This document shows positions 55,301-64,000 of a stretch of DNA of 64,000 bases, in pieces. Source of the DNA: a virus. How positions within the stretch are numbered: the first letter of the stretch is position 1; each line of letters starts with the position of its first letter. A program made the position numbers and the translations under genes. Below the pieces are notes generated by a model. That model did no database searches, was not told the DNA's origin, and saw nothing but the letters and a program-made list of their open reading frames with translations. The stretch is taken from IMG/VR virus record IMGVR_UViG_3300027969_000044, positions 102,312 through 166,311 of that record, one strand, 5' to 3'.

Positions 55301-58300
55301 ACTGCTACTATTGTTGGGCTTGGTGTAACTAATATATCAGCAGGAACTGATACTGCCGTTAATACAGCAACTGGTGTTATTGTTATTTGGAATACTTCAA
55401 CATTCCAAACAGTCAGCGATCGCGGTAACACTACTACAAACACAATCTTTATCTCTAACACATTAACTGTTACAGATTTAAATGCTACTAACAATTTAAA
55501 TGTTACTTCTTCTGCCACAGTTGGCACGTTATACGCAAATAATACATCATATGTTAACAATGCTGAAATTGTAACAACTGCTACTATTGCCGGAGTATCT
55601 GTTACTAGGCTAATTGCCGGGACTGATACGGTTGTAAGTACATCAACTGGTGAAGTAACAATATGGAATGACAGCACACTTCAGAGTGTAACTGTTCGTG
55701 GAGCGACTACTGATCAGGCAATTAGTATTACTAATGCTACACCAAGCGGAAGTTATACCGAAGGCGCATTAAAAGTTAGCGGCGGAGCAGGAATTTCCGG
55801 TGACTTGTATGTAGGTCGTAGCGCATATATTACTGGTAATTTAGTTGTACTAGGTACACAAACTATTGTAGATTCTACAAGCACATCAATTGTAGATCCA
55901 GTGCTTGATATTGGCACAGGAGTTGATAATACTCCATTAGTTTTAAATGACTTATTAAACAAGGGTATTAGCGTACACTATTTTAATACTGGTACATCTG
56001 CCGAAGACAACATGTTCTTTGGACGAGACGAGTCTACTGGCAAGTTTATTGTAAAACACAACTATGGCGCAGGGCGAGTATCAAATCCAAATTATTCTAC
56101 AAGCGGAACAGATGCTGGTGTAGTAATTGGAAACTTATTAATCACTGATGCTACTAGCGCAACAAGTACGTATACTGGCGCATTGCACGTTGTGGGCGGT
56201 GGAAGTGTTGAGGGAGATTTCTGGATTGGTGGGACAGCCTACATATCTAACGCTGAAATTCTAACAACATCTACAATTGGTGGGTTTGGAGTTACAAACA
56301 TTCAAGGCGGCGCTGACATTTCTGTGACAACTGCTACAGGTAATGTTATTATTTCTAACACAAGTACATTACAAACTGTAACAGGACGCGGCAATAGTAC
56401 AACTAATAGTATTGTTATCCTTAATAGCACAGAAAGTGAAGATACATTAACAGGTGCGCTAACTGTAACCGGCGGTGTTGCTGTCGGTAAGAAATTAAAT
56501 GTAGGTACTACTGCTACTGCACAGGATATTTTTGGTACAAGAGTTTTTGATAATGGTAATCGTGTAGTAACTCAAGTAGAGCCAATTGCTGGAGACAGTA
56601 TTGGTCTTGCCAATGTTCAAACTAACGGAACATACACTACATTTAAAATTAACAACTTAGGTGTAACAGCTACAATTGGCACAACTTATTTAGGTGTAAG
56701 TACTGCCACTGGCGCAGTAACACTATATAACTTAGGTGTAACTAATTTAACAGGTACAGATTATATTGGCGTAAGCACAAGTACAGGATCTGTTACACTT
56801 GTTAACTTAGGCGTACAAACATTAAACGCAGGTACTGATACAAGAGTAAGTGCTAATACAGGAACAATTACTGTATGGAACGAAAGCACATTGAATAGTG
56901 TTGCTAGTCGTGGACATACAAGTACCTACGCAATTGACATTACTAACTTAACACAGTCTTCGGATTATACTTCCGGTGCGTTAACTGTGGCAGGTGGAGT
57001 AGGCATTGGCGGTAGTGTTTATATTAATAACATTTCGTTTATACAGAATGCTCAAATTGTAACTACTGCTACAATTGATCAATTTGCCGTTACTGATTTA
57101 CGTGCCGGAACTGATACTAGCGTGAGTGCAAGTCATGGTATTGTTACAGTATGGAACACAAGTACACTACAAACTGTTACTAATAGAGGAAATAGCACAA
57201 CTAACGTTGTCGTTTTTGCCAACACAACAAACGTATCAACTTCGTTATCAACTGCAAGCGTTGTAATTGAAGGCGGATTAGCTATTGCTAAAGATTTGCG
57301 TATTGGTGGGACATTCTTCTACGCAGGTGAATTACAGATCTCTAGTACGACAAGTTCAACTTCAACCGATACTGGTGCTTTAACGGTGCTAGGTGGCGTT
57401 GGTATTGGTGAAAATTTAAATGTAGGTGGCCAAGTTCACTTATTCAGCACTGCATCTGGAACAAGCACCGCGGCATTATTAGTTGACGGCGGAATTAGTG
57501 TTGCTAATACTTCGTACTTTGGAGCCATTTATTCCGGCGGAAGCATTGTACTAACTGATTCTAGCTTTAAAGGTGTTAGCGATATTAGAGCAGGAACTGA
57601 TACAGCAGTTAATACTGAAACTGGACATATTGTTGTTTGGAATACAAGTACATTACAAACAGTAACGGGTCGCGGAAATAGTACAACTAACGCAATTAAG
57701 ATTTTAAACACAGATGCCAGTAACGATGCTACATCAGGAGCACTAGTTGTTTCCGGTGGCGTAGGCGTTAGTGGAAATATACACGGTCAAACTATATTTG
57801 TTAATGACACATTACAAAGTGATGATACCGATTTATATCTAGCTTCTGGACTAGGTGGAAGTGTATTTGCTAACAATGTAGATTTATTAGCATACAGTTC
57901 AAAAGTTTGGTATGTAGCAACATCGGGGCTTAATACAAATGACGGCCGAAGAATTCAAAGTGCGTTCCTTACTGTTAAACACGCCCTATCTGTAGCGCAA
58001 AGTGGAGATGTTGTTTTTGTTGAATCAGGAACATACTCTGAAATATTTCCAATGACTGTTCCGCAAGGTGTAACATTAAAAGGTGCTGGAATTAGAGCAG
58101 TTACTATTGTTCCAACTAGTGGAACAATTTATAATTCGGCGTTCTTACTTAATGGCGAGACTAATGTTTGCGATTTAACAATTAGCGGATTTTTCCAACC
58201 TGGCTGGGCATTTGAGTTTGCTCCTGGAGCAAAAATCACAACCAAGAGTCCGTATGTTGAACGTCTTAGTGTTATTACTCGAGGAACTACTACAAGTGGT

Positions 58301-60373
58301 AGCGATCCTTACGGATTCCAGAGCGGAGATGCTGGTAATGGAGCATTAATTGATGCGTCTAAGCTAGATCCAACAAGTTTAGAACCGGCGATGTTGTGGA
58401 ACGAAGTAACGTTCATTGTTCCAAACGCTACTGGTATGTATATGACCAATGGCGCACGAGCAGAATTGTTAAATGGATTCTTCTACTTTGCCCATACTGC
58501 TATTCAAGCAGAAGCGGGCGCAGGCGGCTTTGGTAATGCTGGTAAGACACGACTAAAATTTAGCGGTGTCACTGGAACATTTGTAGGAGGCGATACGCTT
58601 GTTTACAAAAATGCAAAAGGCCAAACACTTGCTAGCGGAACAATTTATAATGTATCAGGTGGATACGTATATCTAAATGGTCCAGTATACGGATTTGAAA
58701 CCGCAATAGATAGAACTCCTAAGACTGTTACTACTAATGGCGGCGCAAAGGTTGCTACAGGAGAACATTATGCTGGTAATTCTAGCTTGTTGTTGTCTAC
58801 TACAACCGATTACTTAGAAGTATTAAGTGGGCCAGACTTCCAATTTGGCAGTACAGGCGACTATACAATTGAAGGGTGGGTTAAACCTCTAACAACTAAT
58901 AGTGGCCCACAATACATTTACTTTAAGGGCACTAATGGACTTAATACCACACGTCTATACATTAGTAGCGATAATAAAGTAAACGCAATGCACGGGTCTA
59001 GTGTAATAACAAGTACATCTACAATTATACAAAATGTATGGACACACCTTGCTATTGTCAGAACTGGTGGAACACAAACTGTAGATTTGTATATTAATGG
59101 TGTATTAAATGCCAGCGCAACAGGCATTACATCAAGTGTTGACAACACAGATCCGATTAATATTGGAAGCAATTCCGGAGCTAATGGATTTACTGGGTAC
59201 GTTGACGAACTACGAGTAAGCAATATTGCTCGCTATTCAACTACATTCATTCCATCTCCGACTGGTCTTGTAAATGATGAAGCAACCGTATTGATGCTAC
59301 ATTTTGAAGGCGCAAATAATTCTACTTCGTTTGTAGACAGCGGCGCTACAATACAAAATGTTTACTCAACTGGACTGAATCCAGCAACTGCTACAAGAAC
59401 GGTATTGGCTGACTATCATCAGTTTGGTGCCGAACTACGCTGTATTGGTAGTGCGGCTGTATTTGGTGATCGAGGTGTTGTTGCTAACGGTACTGGTACT
59501 GACTTAAAACTAATTGCCTTTAACCTAAGTCATATAGGTTCGGGTGGAGATCTAAGTGACGATGTTTCGTTAACAGTTCAATCTAATGAAATTATTCAAA
59601 CTAATGGTGGTAAGATTTATTACCAAACAGTTGATCAATACGGAGATTTCCGTGTAGGCGATAAGTTTTTAATTAATCAAAGAACAGGTGATGTAACATT
59701 TAATGCCAGCGCATTGAATTTAAATAATATCTCAAGTTTGTTAATTAGCGACGGAGTTAATAGTACAAATATCACTCCGGGTAATATCGCAGTAGGTAAT
59801 TTAAACTTAGGTGGAAATACAATTGGAAGCCTAACTGGAAATATTACGATTGCTCCTGCTAGTACATTGACTACAATTGATAGTAATTTAACAGTCACCG
59901 GCTCTGGTAACTTTGGTCAAACTTCATACGCTGCCGGATCTCAAATCTTAACTGCGGCAACAATTGGTAACTTTGGTGTTACTGATTTACGTGCCGGCAC
60001 TGATACCGCAATAAGTACATCAACTGGTAACGTAACAATCTGGAACACCAGTACATTACAGACAATTACAGATCGCGGCTTCACAACTACAAACCGTGTA
60101 AATATAGCTAACAGCACAAATGCTACTACATCTACTGACGGGGCACTAACAGTCCTCGGCGGAATTGGAGTAATAGGAGATGTACAAGTTGGAGGTAATG
60201 TTTACAGTGGAACTAAGCGTCTGTATTCACCAAACGTGACTATTTCATTAACAGCACCAACAACATCTACGAATAATATAGGAGATTTCTGGATTGACCC
60301 GAGCATTGGCGTTGAATATCAGTGGGTTCAGGACGGGACAAACTATTATTGGATTCAATTTACAGGTGTATAA
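52370..60373 (+). CDS. Giant (2667 aa) Thr/Gly-rich tail fibre with a beta-helix domain and an inserted LamG/ConA-like lectin domain
   Basis: 11 AGTDT...WNxSTL...RG repeats and many GAL.V.GGVGIGG repeats; WYVA.SG..TNDG...VFVESGTY beta-helix entry; YTIEGWVK...WTHLAIVR...LYING...FTGYVDELRVS LamG motif. Confidence 0.75.
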   Translation: MAIDQDFVVRKGLIAQGQTQSYSTVSGTLIVGGGAGIGGNVNLSGTLLARSNPNVITSVNTSTGFGFSLNDIIVTDSTTTSTNLSVANYVGQTSIKGTTGSVIATAVNLYIKGAPIAGNSGTTIQNAWSLYVTTGSMYLGETKGNPFGASGNALQVAGGISAGNGLYVQGGGNLFGSFYLNDSEIITRGNQNTGTVVYNGDLIVDTSTQAISTGTGGIVIRRGGGIGVGGNAWVGGTLNVLNTTTIYNVLDSSNTSTGALTVRGGVGIGGMLYATSGTFVAGFANTTAVNGNAVRIPNGGLGVGGTIYVANTSDSALTVEGGADFGGTIFANGLTLLDPTTATGYLAAPLMVTGGAYIGVNLIVASTDTDAIKVLGGIDVAKNITVRGVGSFTNRIEVANTSYISGAQIITTATVDIFAVTSLTAGTDTAVSASTGPVVVWNTSTLDSVLNRGNATTNTVFINNKLTTVDLGVSGTATITGTVVILNTTQSISTESGALQVFGGVGIQGALWVNDASYIGGARIVTTSTLGNYGVTAMLAGTDTAINTTTGIVTVWNESTLQTITDRGTSTNHQLYFSNTASSTSSDSGALTIAGGVGIGKELNVQGNSTFSSVVNILSPINASSPTDGALYVAGGVGIGQDLYVGGQFVYTNALQVYGLLTNYGSVQITSTANSISTDTGALVVAGGGGFGGDIWARNIYSNGGSVITTGTIGSYGVSQLYAGTDTAVNTASGVVYIWNTSTFQTVSDRGATSTNLITILNTLSVSNDILVGRDVNVTGNMTLAAMTATGIIDLQNISDSINVLSGAVRIAGGLGVQGNIYAGAVYDQNARVITTATVNTFAVTELRAGTDTSVSTSTGIVYVWNTSTLQTVTDRGNSTTNKLVLLDESTSSLTVVGGIIVGTTATVQQDLNVNNNITVALRSNLTDVGISGITTVTNVTDSESVLTGSVQLAGGLGVQGNIYARALYDENARVVTTATIVGLGVTNISAGTDTAVNTATGVIVIWNTSTFQTVSDRGNTTTNTIFISNTLTVTDLNATNNLNVTSSATVGTLYANNTSYVNNAEIVTTATIAGVSVTRLIAGTDTVVSTSTGEVTIWNDSTLQSVTVRGATTDQAISITNATPSGSYTEGALKVSGGAGISGDLYVGRSAYITGNLVVLGTQTIVDSTSTSIVDPVLDIGTGVDNTPLVLNDLLNKGISVHYFNTGTSAEDNMFFGRDESTGKFIVKHNYGAGRVSNPNYSTSGTDAGVVIGNLLITDATSATSTYTGALHVVGGGSVEGDFWIGGTAYISNAEILTTSTIGGFGVTNIQGGADISVTTATGNVIISNTSTLQTVTGRGNSTTNSIVILNSTESEDTLTGALTVTGGVAVGKKLNVGTTATAQDIFGTRVFDNGNRVVTQVEPIAGDSIGLANVQTNGTYTTFKINNLGVTATIGTTYLGVSTATGAVTLYNLGVTNLTGTDYIGVSTSTGSVTLVNLGVQTLNAGTDTRVSANTGTITVWNESTLNSVASRGHTSTYAIDITNLTQSSDYTSGALTVAGGVGIGGSVYINNISFIQNAQIVTTATIDQFAVTDLRAGTDTSVSASHGIVTVWNTSTLQTVTNRGNSTTNVVVFANTTNVSTSLSTASVVIEGGLAIAKDLRIGGTFFYAGELQISSTTSSTSTDTGALTVLGGVGIGENLNVGGQVHLFSTASGTSTAALLVDGGISVANTSYFGAIYSGGSIVLTDSSFKGVSDIRAGTDTAVNTETGHIVVWNTSTLQTVTGRGNSTTNAIKILNTDASNDATSGALVVSGGVGVSGNIHGQTIFVNDTLQSDDTDLYLASGLGGSVFANNVDLLAYSSKVWYVATSGLNTNDGRRIQSAFLTVKHALSVAQSGDVVFVESGTYSEIFPMTVPQGVTLKGAGIRAVTIVPTSGTIYNSAFLLNGETNVCDLTISGFFQPGWAFEFAPGAKITTKSPYVERLSVITRGTTTSGSDPYGFQSGDAGNGALIDASKLDPTSLEPAMLWNEVTFIVPNATGMYMTNGARAELLNGFFYFAHTAIQAEAGAGGFGNAGKTRLKFSGVTGTFVGGDTLVYKNAKGQTLASGTIYNVSGGYVYLNGPVYGFETAIDRTPKTVTTNGGAKVATGEHYAGNSSLLLSTTTDYLEVLSGPDFQFGSTGDYTIEGWVKPLTTNSGPQYIYFKGTNGLNTTRLYISSDNKVNAMHGSSVITSTSTIIQNVWTHLAIVRTGGTQTVDLYINGVLNASATGITSSVDNTDPINIGSNSGANGFTGYVDELRVSNIARYSTTFIPSPTGLVNDEATVLMLHFEGANNSTSFVDSGATIQNVYSTGLNPATATRTVLADYHQFGAELRCIGSAAVFGDRGVVANGTGTDLKLIAFNLSHIGSGGDLSDDVSLTVQSNEIIQTNGGKIYYQTVDQYGDFRVGDKFLINQRTGDVTFNASALNLNNISSLLISDGVNSTNITPGNIAVGNLNLGGNTIGSLTGNITIAPASTLTTIDSNLTVTGSGNFGQTSYAAGSQILTAATIGNFGVTDLRAGTDTAISTSTGNVTIWNTSTLQTITDRGFTTTNRVNIANSTNATTSTDGALTVLGGIGVIGDVQVGGNVYSGTKRLYSPNVTISLTAPTTSTNNIGDFWIDPSIGVEYQWVQDGTNYYWIQFTGV

Positions 60374-63190
60374 GTAGAATATTATGGCAACATTAAACTT
60401 TCCTTCAAACCCAGCGATAGGTGATACCTATACCATAGGTACCAGAACATGGGTATGGAATGGCAACGGCTGGCAACTTCAAAGTGGAATTACTAGCTTT
60501 GATCCTTTTACTGCTCGTCGTGTTATCGTTACAACGAGTACAAATTCAACGTCTACTAATTCTGGAGGTTTAATTGTATATGGCGGCGCCGGTATTGGCC
60601 TAGATTTAACAGTTGGCGGTAGCATACATGTTTTAGCAGATGTATCTTCGTATTCTTCAACTAGTGGTGCCGTAACTATTGCTGGCGGGTTAGGTGTAAT
60701 TGAAAATGTATATGCTGGTGCGTTATATGATAATAATAGTCGTGTAATTACTCAAGCAACACTAGCTAATCAAGGTGTTACAGCGTTATATGCCGGCACT
60801 GACACCGCAGTAAATTCACAAACCGGTGTTGTTTATGTATGGAACACTAGTACTTTACAAAGTGTTACTGGTAGGGGAAACATCACTGACTCTGCAATTA
60901 TCATTAAAAATACATTTGATGCGTATAGTACCTTATCAGGAGCACTAACTGTCTCTGGTGGTATTGCGTTAGATAAAAATTTATATGGCGGCGGCAATGC
61001 TACATTCTTTGGACAAATATCCGCAGGCGGGCAATATAACGCAATTGGTACTACAGGAACTGTATCAATAGCATCTATGATTCCTACATTGGGTGTAGTA
61101 GGAACTACATCTAGCGCATATCAATTAATGGTTGCCAATCCGGATTCTACTGATGCGTTACTAGTCGGCGTGTCTAGATTAGGCAACGTTCAACTAGGGT
61201 CACTAGGTACTAATAACGGCAGTTTAGAAATATTTGCCGGATCTACATCAGTACCAGGATTACAAATTGGTGGCCTAACTGGTCAAGTGAGAGTAATGCA
61301 ACCAACATCATCAACTAACACCTATTCAGGCTCGTTAGTAGTTGTTGGTGGCGCAGGATTTGGAAGTACAGTTTACATTGAAAATACATCTTATGTAAAT
61401 GGCGCACAAATTTTAACAACTGCTACAATTGGCTTATGGGCTGTATCAGAATTAAGAGCAGGTACTGATACCTATGTTAACACAACGACTGGTATTGTAA
61501 CAGTATCAAACACAAGTACTCTTGATAGCGTTGTAAAACGTGGAAATGTAACTACGACCGCAATTAGAATTTCAAACGGAACTTCTGCCACTGATCAATC
61601 AACTGGAGCACTAACAGTAGTTGGTGGCGTTGGCGTTGGTGGATCTTTATACGCAGGTAATCTTTATGCCAACGGCTCAGCTGTAGTTACTCAAGCAACT
61701 CTAGGAAGCCAAGGCGTTACTTCTATAACAGCAGGCACAGATACAGTAGTAAACACATCTAGTGGTGCTGTATCAATCTGGAATACTAGTACACTAGAAA
61801 GTATAACAGGTCGCGGCGCAACAACTACTCGAGCTGTTAATATTACCAACACAAGTGGAACAACAAGTTCTACAACTGGTGCTTTACTTGTCGCCGGCGG
61901 TGTCGGAGTAGGTGAAAATTTATATGTTCAAGGTACAATCAGTGCCGCCGGCGGATTCCTTGGACTAGATCCAACAAGTATTTTTCAAAATACTTCTAGC
62001 GTAACTGTTATTGACTCTGGTACTGTAAGAAAAGTTATTATAACTATCGCTGATAATACAAATACTGTCTTTACAGCAACCGGCGCACAGTTCTTTTATC
62101 CTGTAACAATATATGCTAATCAAACATCTAGCGGAACAGACAGTGGCGCACTAACTGTAGCCGGTGGTGTAGGTGTAGCTGGAAGCATTTATGCTGGTAG
62201 TACAAGCTATGTAAAAGGTGAAGAGATACTTACAACTGCTACCGTTGGAAGTTATGTTCTTACAACTGTTACGGCAGGTACAGATACTGCCGCTAATACA
62301 ATCGGTCGTGTAATTTATATTTGGAACACTTCAACATTACAGAGTGTAACAAGTCGAGGAAGTTCAACAAACCAAGTTATTACGTTTACAAATCAAACAG
62401 AGGCAAGTAACACTAGTTCAGGCGCAATAGTTGTAAGCGGTGGCGCAGGCATTGGTAAGAATTTGTGGGTTGGTGGAAATATTTTCACTTATGGAAACGC
62501 AACTGTTTTAGGCAACTTAACAGTACTAGGTACGCAGACAACAATCTATTCTACATCAACAGTGATCCAGGATCCAGTTCTTAATCTTGGTGCTCCTGCT
62601 GATCTAACAGCACTACCTGCTGACGACGGATTAGATAAGGGTATTTTAGTTCATTACAATACTTTAACTAGTGTGTCTGGAGATACACACGCATTCTTTG
62701 GTCTACGTAGACAGGATGAAAAATTTGTATTCATTACACGGACTTCTGAACAAGGCAGAGCAGGTCTTGATAATCCATTTGCTACAACGTCTACACTAGG
62801 CGGCGCAGCCTTTGGTACATTAACACTAACTTCAGGCTACGGATCATATAGTCCAAACACTGGTGACTTACAGGTAACTGGTGGTGTTGGTATTCAAGGT
62901 AACTTATATACTGCTGGATTAGTTAGAGTTACAAGTGCTACAAGTGCTACAAGTACTACAACTGGTGCCTTACAAATTGTAGGCGGTGTTGGTATTCAAG
63001 GCGACTTGTATGTTGGAGGCAAGGGTGCGTTTGTTAACGGATTTGAAGTTGTTACAACCGCATCTATCGGAATAGGAGCAGTTGCTAATATTGTAGCCGG
63101 TACAGATACCGCAGTTACTACAGCAACAGGTAATGTTACTATTTGGAATACAAGTACTTTACAAAGTGTAACAAGCCGAGGATCATCAAC
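53620..63190 (+). repeat. Dispersed coding repeat (V..L.AGTDT.V....G.V..WNxSTL..VT.RG), 16 copies across two adjacent fibre genes
   Basis: 11 copies in 52370-60373 and 5 in 60384-64000. Confidence 0.85.
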
Positions 63191-64000
63191 TACTAACGCA
63201 ATTAGCATTACTAATGCTACAATTTCTAGCACAACAACTAACGGTGCGTTTATAGTCACTGGTGGAGTTGGCATTGGCCTAACTTTAAATATTGGTGGTG
63301 ATACTAGAATTTGGTCAACAACATCTAACTCACTACAAGCTGGCGGCGGCGCTACATTTGGCGGCGACGTTAACGCAAGCGGCACTGGTAACTTTGGAAC
63401 AAGTGGTAGCTTTGGTACAACATTAACTGTTGGTTCTTCTGCTACAAGTACAGGAACTAGTACAGGTGCTTTAATTGTACAAGGTGGTGTAGGAATTGGC
63501 GGCAACACAAATATTGGTCGCAATTTAACCGGTGGCGGCACAATTAATATTACAAGCACAGCAACACTAGGAGATAATTTACTACTAGGTAGAGGGGCTG
63601 TAACTAGAGATGTACACGGCAGTCAGTTTATATCTAATGGATATTTTGCTATTCCTGGCGATGCCCAAGCAGGTATATACCTAATTAGAATGGCAACAGA
63701 TAAAGATGTTCCGACGGCATTAACATTAGACGGAATTTCGGTTAGCACAGTTAATCAAATTTCGTTACCAAATCAATCTACTTACAATTTTAAAATATAT
63801 GTAAGCGCAAGATCAATTTCTAGCGACGACGAAGCAGGATGGGAATTTAACGGGATTATTAGTCGATATGCTAGTCCGGGATCAACATCTATTAAGGTAG
63901 TAAACAAAACAAAATTATGGTCTAGCAATGCTTTGTGGGATTGTAATGTTGTGGCAGATACAGTTAACGGTGCGTTACAAGTACTAGGAACAGGCGACAA
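60384..64000 (+). CDS. Tail fibre protein, paralog of 52370-60373; truncated at window end (>1205 aa)
   Basis: Absent from the ORF track (no stop). ATG 60384 gives MATLNFPSNPAIGDTYTIGTRTWVWNGNGWQ..., with the same repeats, and the frame reads ...TVNGALQVLGTGD at 64000. Confidence 0.8.
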   Translation, partial: MATLNFPSNPAIGDTYTIGTRTWVWNGNGWQLQSGITSFDPFTARRVIVTTSTNSTSTNSGGLIVYGGAGIGLDLTVGGSIHVLADVSSYSSTSGAVTIAGGLGVIENVYAGALYDNNSRVITQATLANQGVTALYAGTDTAVNSQTGVVYVWNTSTLQSVTGRGNITDSAIIIKNTFDAYSTLSGALTVSGGIALDKNLYGGGNATFFGQISAGGQYNAIGTTGTVSIASMIPTLGVVGTTSSAYQLMVANPDSTDALLVGVSRLGNVQLGSLGTNNGSLEIFAGSTSVPGLQIGGLTGQVRVMQPTSSTNTYSGSLVVVGGAGFGSTVYIENTSYVNGAQILTTATIGLWAVSELRAGTDTYVNTTTGIVTVSNTSTLDSVVKRGNVTTTAIRISNGTSATDQSTGALTVVGGVGVGGSLYAGNLYANGSAVVTQATLGSQGVTSITAGTDTVVNTSSGAVSIWNTSTLESITGRGATTTRAVNITNTSGTTSSTTGALLVAGGVGVGENLYVQGTISAAGGFLGLDPTSIFQNTSSVTVIDSGTVRKVIITIADNTNTVFTATGAQFFYPVTIYANQTSSGTDSGALTVAGGVGVAGSIYAGSTSYVKGEEILTTATVGSYVLTTVTAGTDTAANTIGRVIYIWNTSTLQSVTSRGSSTNQVITFTNQTEASNTSSGAIVVSGGAGIGKNLWVGGNIFTYGNATVLGNLTVLGTQTTIYSTSTVIQDPVLNLGAPADLTALPADDGLDKGILVHYNTLTSVSGDTHAFFGLRRQDEKFVFITRTSEQGRAGLDNPFATTSTLGGAAFGTLTLTSGYGSYSPNTGDLQVTGGVGIQGNLYTAGLVRVTSATSATSTTTGALQIVGGVGIQGDLYVGGKGAFVNGFEVVTTASIGIGAVANIVAGTDTAVTTATGNVTIWNTSTLQSVTSRGSSTTNAISITNATISSTTTNGAFIVTGGVGIGLTLNIGGDTRIWSTTSNSLQAGGGATFGGDVNASGTGNFGTSGSFGTTLTVGSSATSTGTSTGALIVQGGVGIGGNTNIGRNLTGGGTINITSTATLGDNLLLGRGAVTRDVHGSQFISNGYFAIPGDAQAGIYLIRMATDKDVPTALTLDGISVSTVNQISLPNQSTYNFKIYVSARSISSDDEAGWEFNGIISRYASPGSTSIKVVNKTKLWSSNALWDCNVVADTVNGALQVLGTGD

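Noticed and set aside
44000-63200. CRISPR, TIGR-like or DGR repeat arrays
   Set aside because: The repeats are degenerate, in-frame and protein-coding with synonymous divergence; no constant repeat-spacer pattern, adenine-specific variation or reverse transcriptase in the window.
53590-64000. Minus-strand Pro/Val/Thr-rich ORFs (e.g. 62996-63559, 55258-55677)
   Set aside because: Antisense shadows of the Gly/Thr-rich fibre genes.
1-64000. Alternative genetic code (stop-codon reassignment seen in some large phages)
   Set aside because: Genes are full-length in the standard code, and TAA, TGA and TAG all serve as real stops.

Overview
This 64 kb window is part of a large, AT-rich, lytic myovirus genome distantly related to T4, covering almost all of its virion-morphogenesis region in the standard genetic code. 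(i) Minus-strand baseplate operon, 1-16237: a giant wedge-type protein truncated at the window start, gp6, gp25, gp5 with a C-terminal lambda-R-type lytic transglycosylase, a hub protein, gp53-like and gp48/54-like proteins. (ii) Plus-strand cluster with sigma70-type promoters: gp55 late sigma factor, gp47/gp46 (Mre11/Rad50), two Hc1-like small proteins and a stand-alone GIY-YIG nuclease, followed by about 500 nt of densely structured non-coding sequence. (iii) A gp26-like gene with a clear -1 frameshift cassette, divergent from the tape-measure gene. (iv) Head module: portal, core, protease, scaffold, major capsid. (v) About 31 kb of giant fibre/appendage genes under TAAATA late promoters. 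The most notable observations are: 18 tandem ~162-aa repeats in two putative virion proteins that resemble phycobiliproteins, each keeping the bilin-attachment-like C-x-R-D motif; a lambda G/GT-like programmed frameshift with a 3' stimulatory stem in a T4-like phage; a large unannotated structured RNA directly downstream of a catalytic-domain-only GIY-YIG gene; and apparently leaderless late transcripts. All homology calls come from motif recognition by eye, not database searches.
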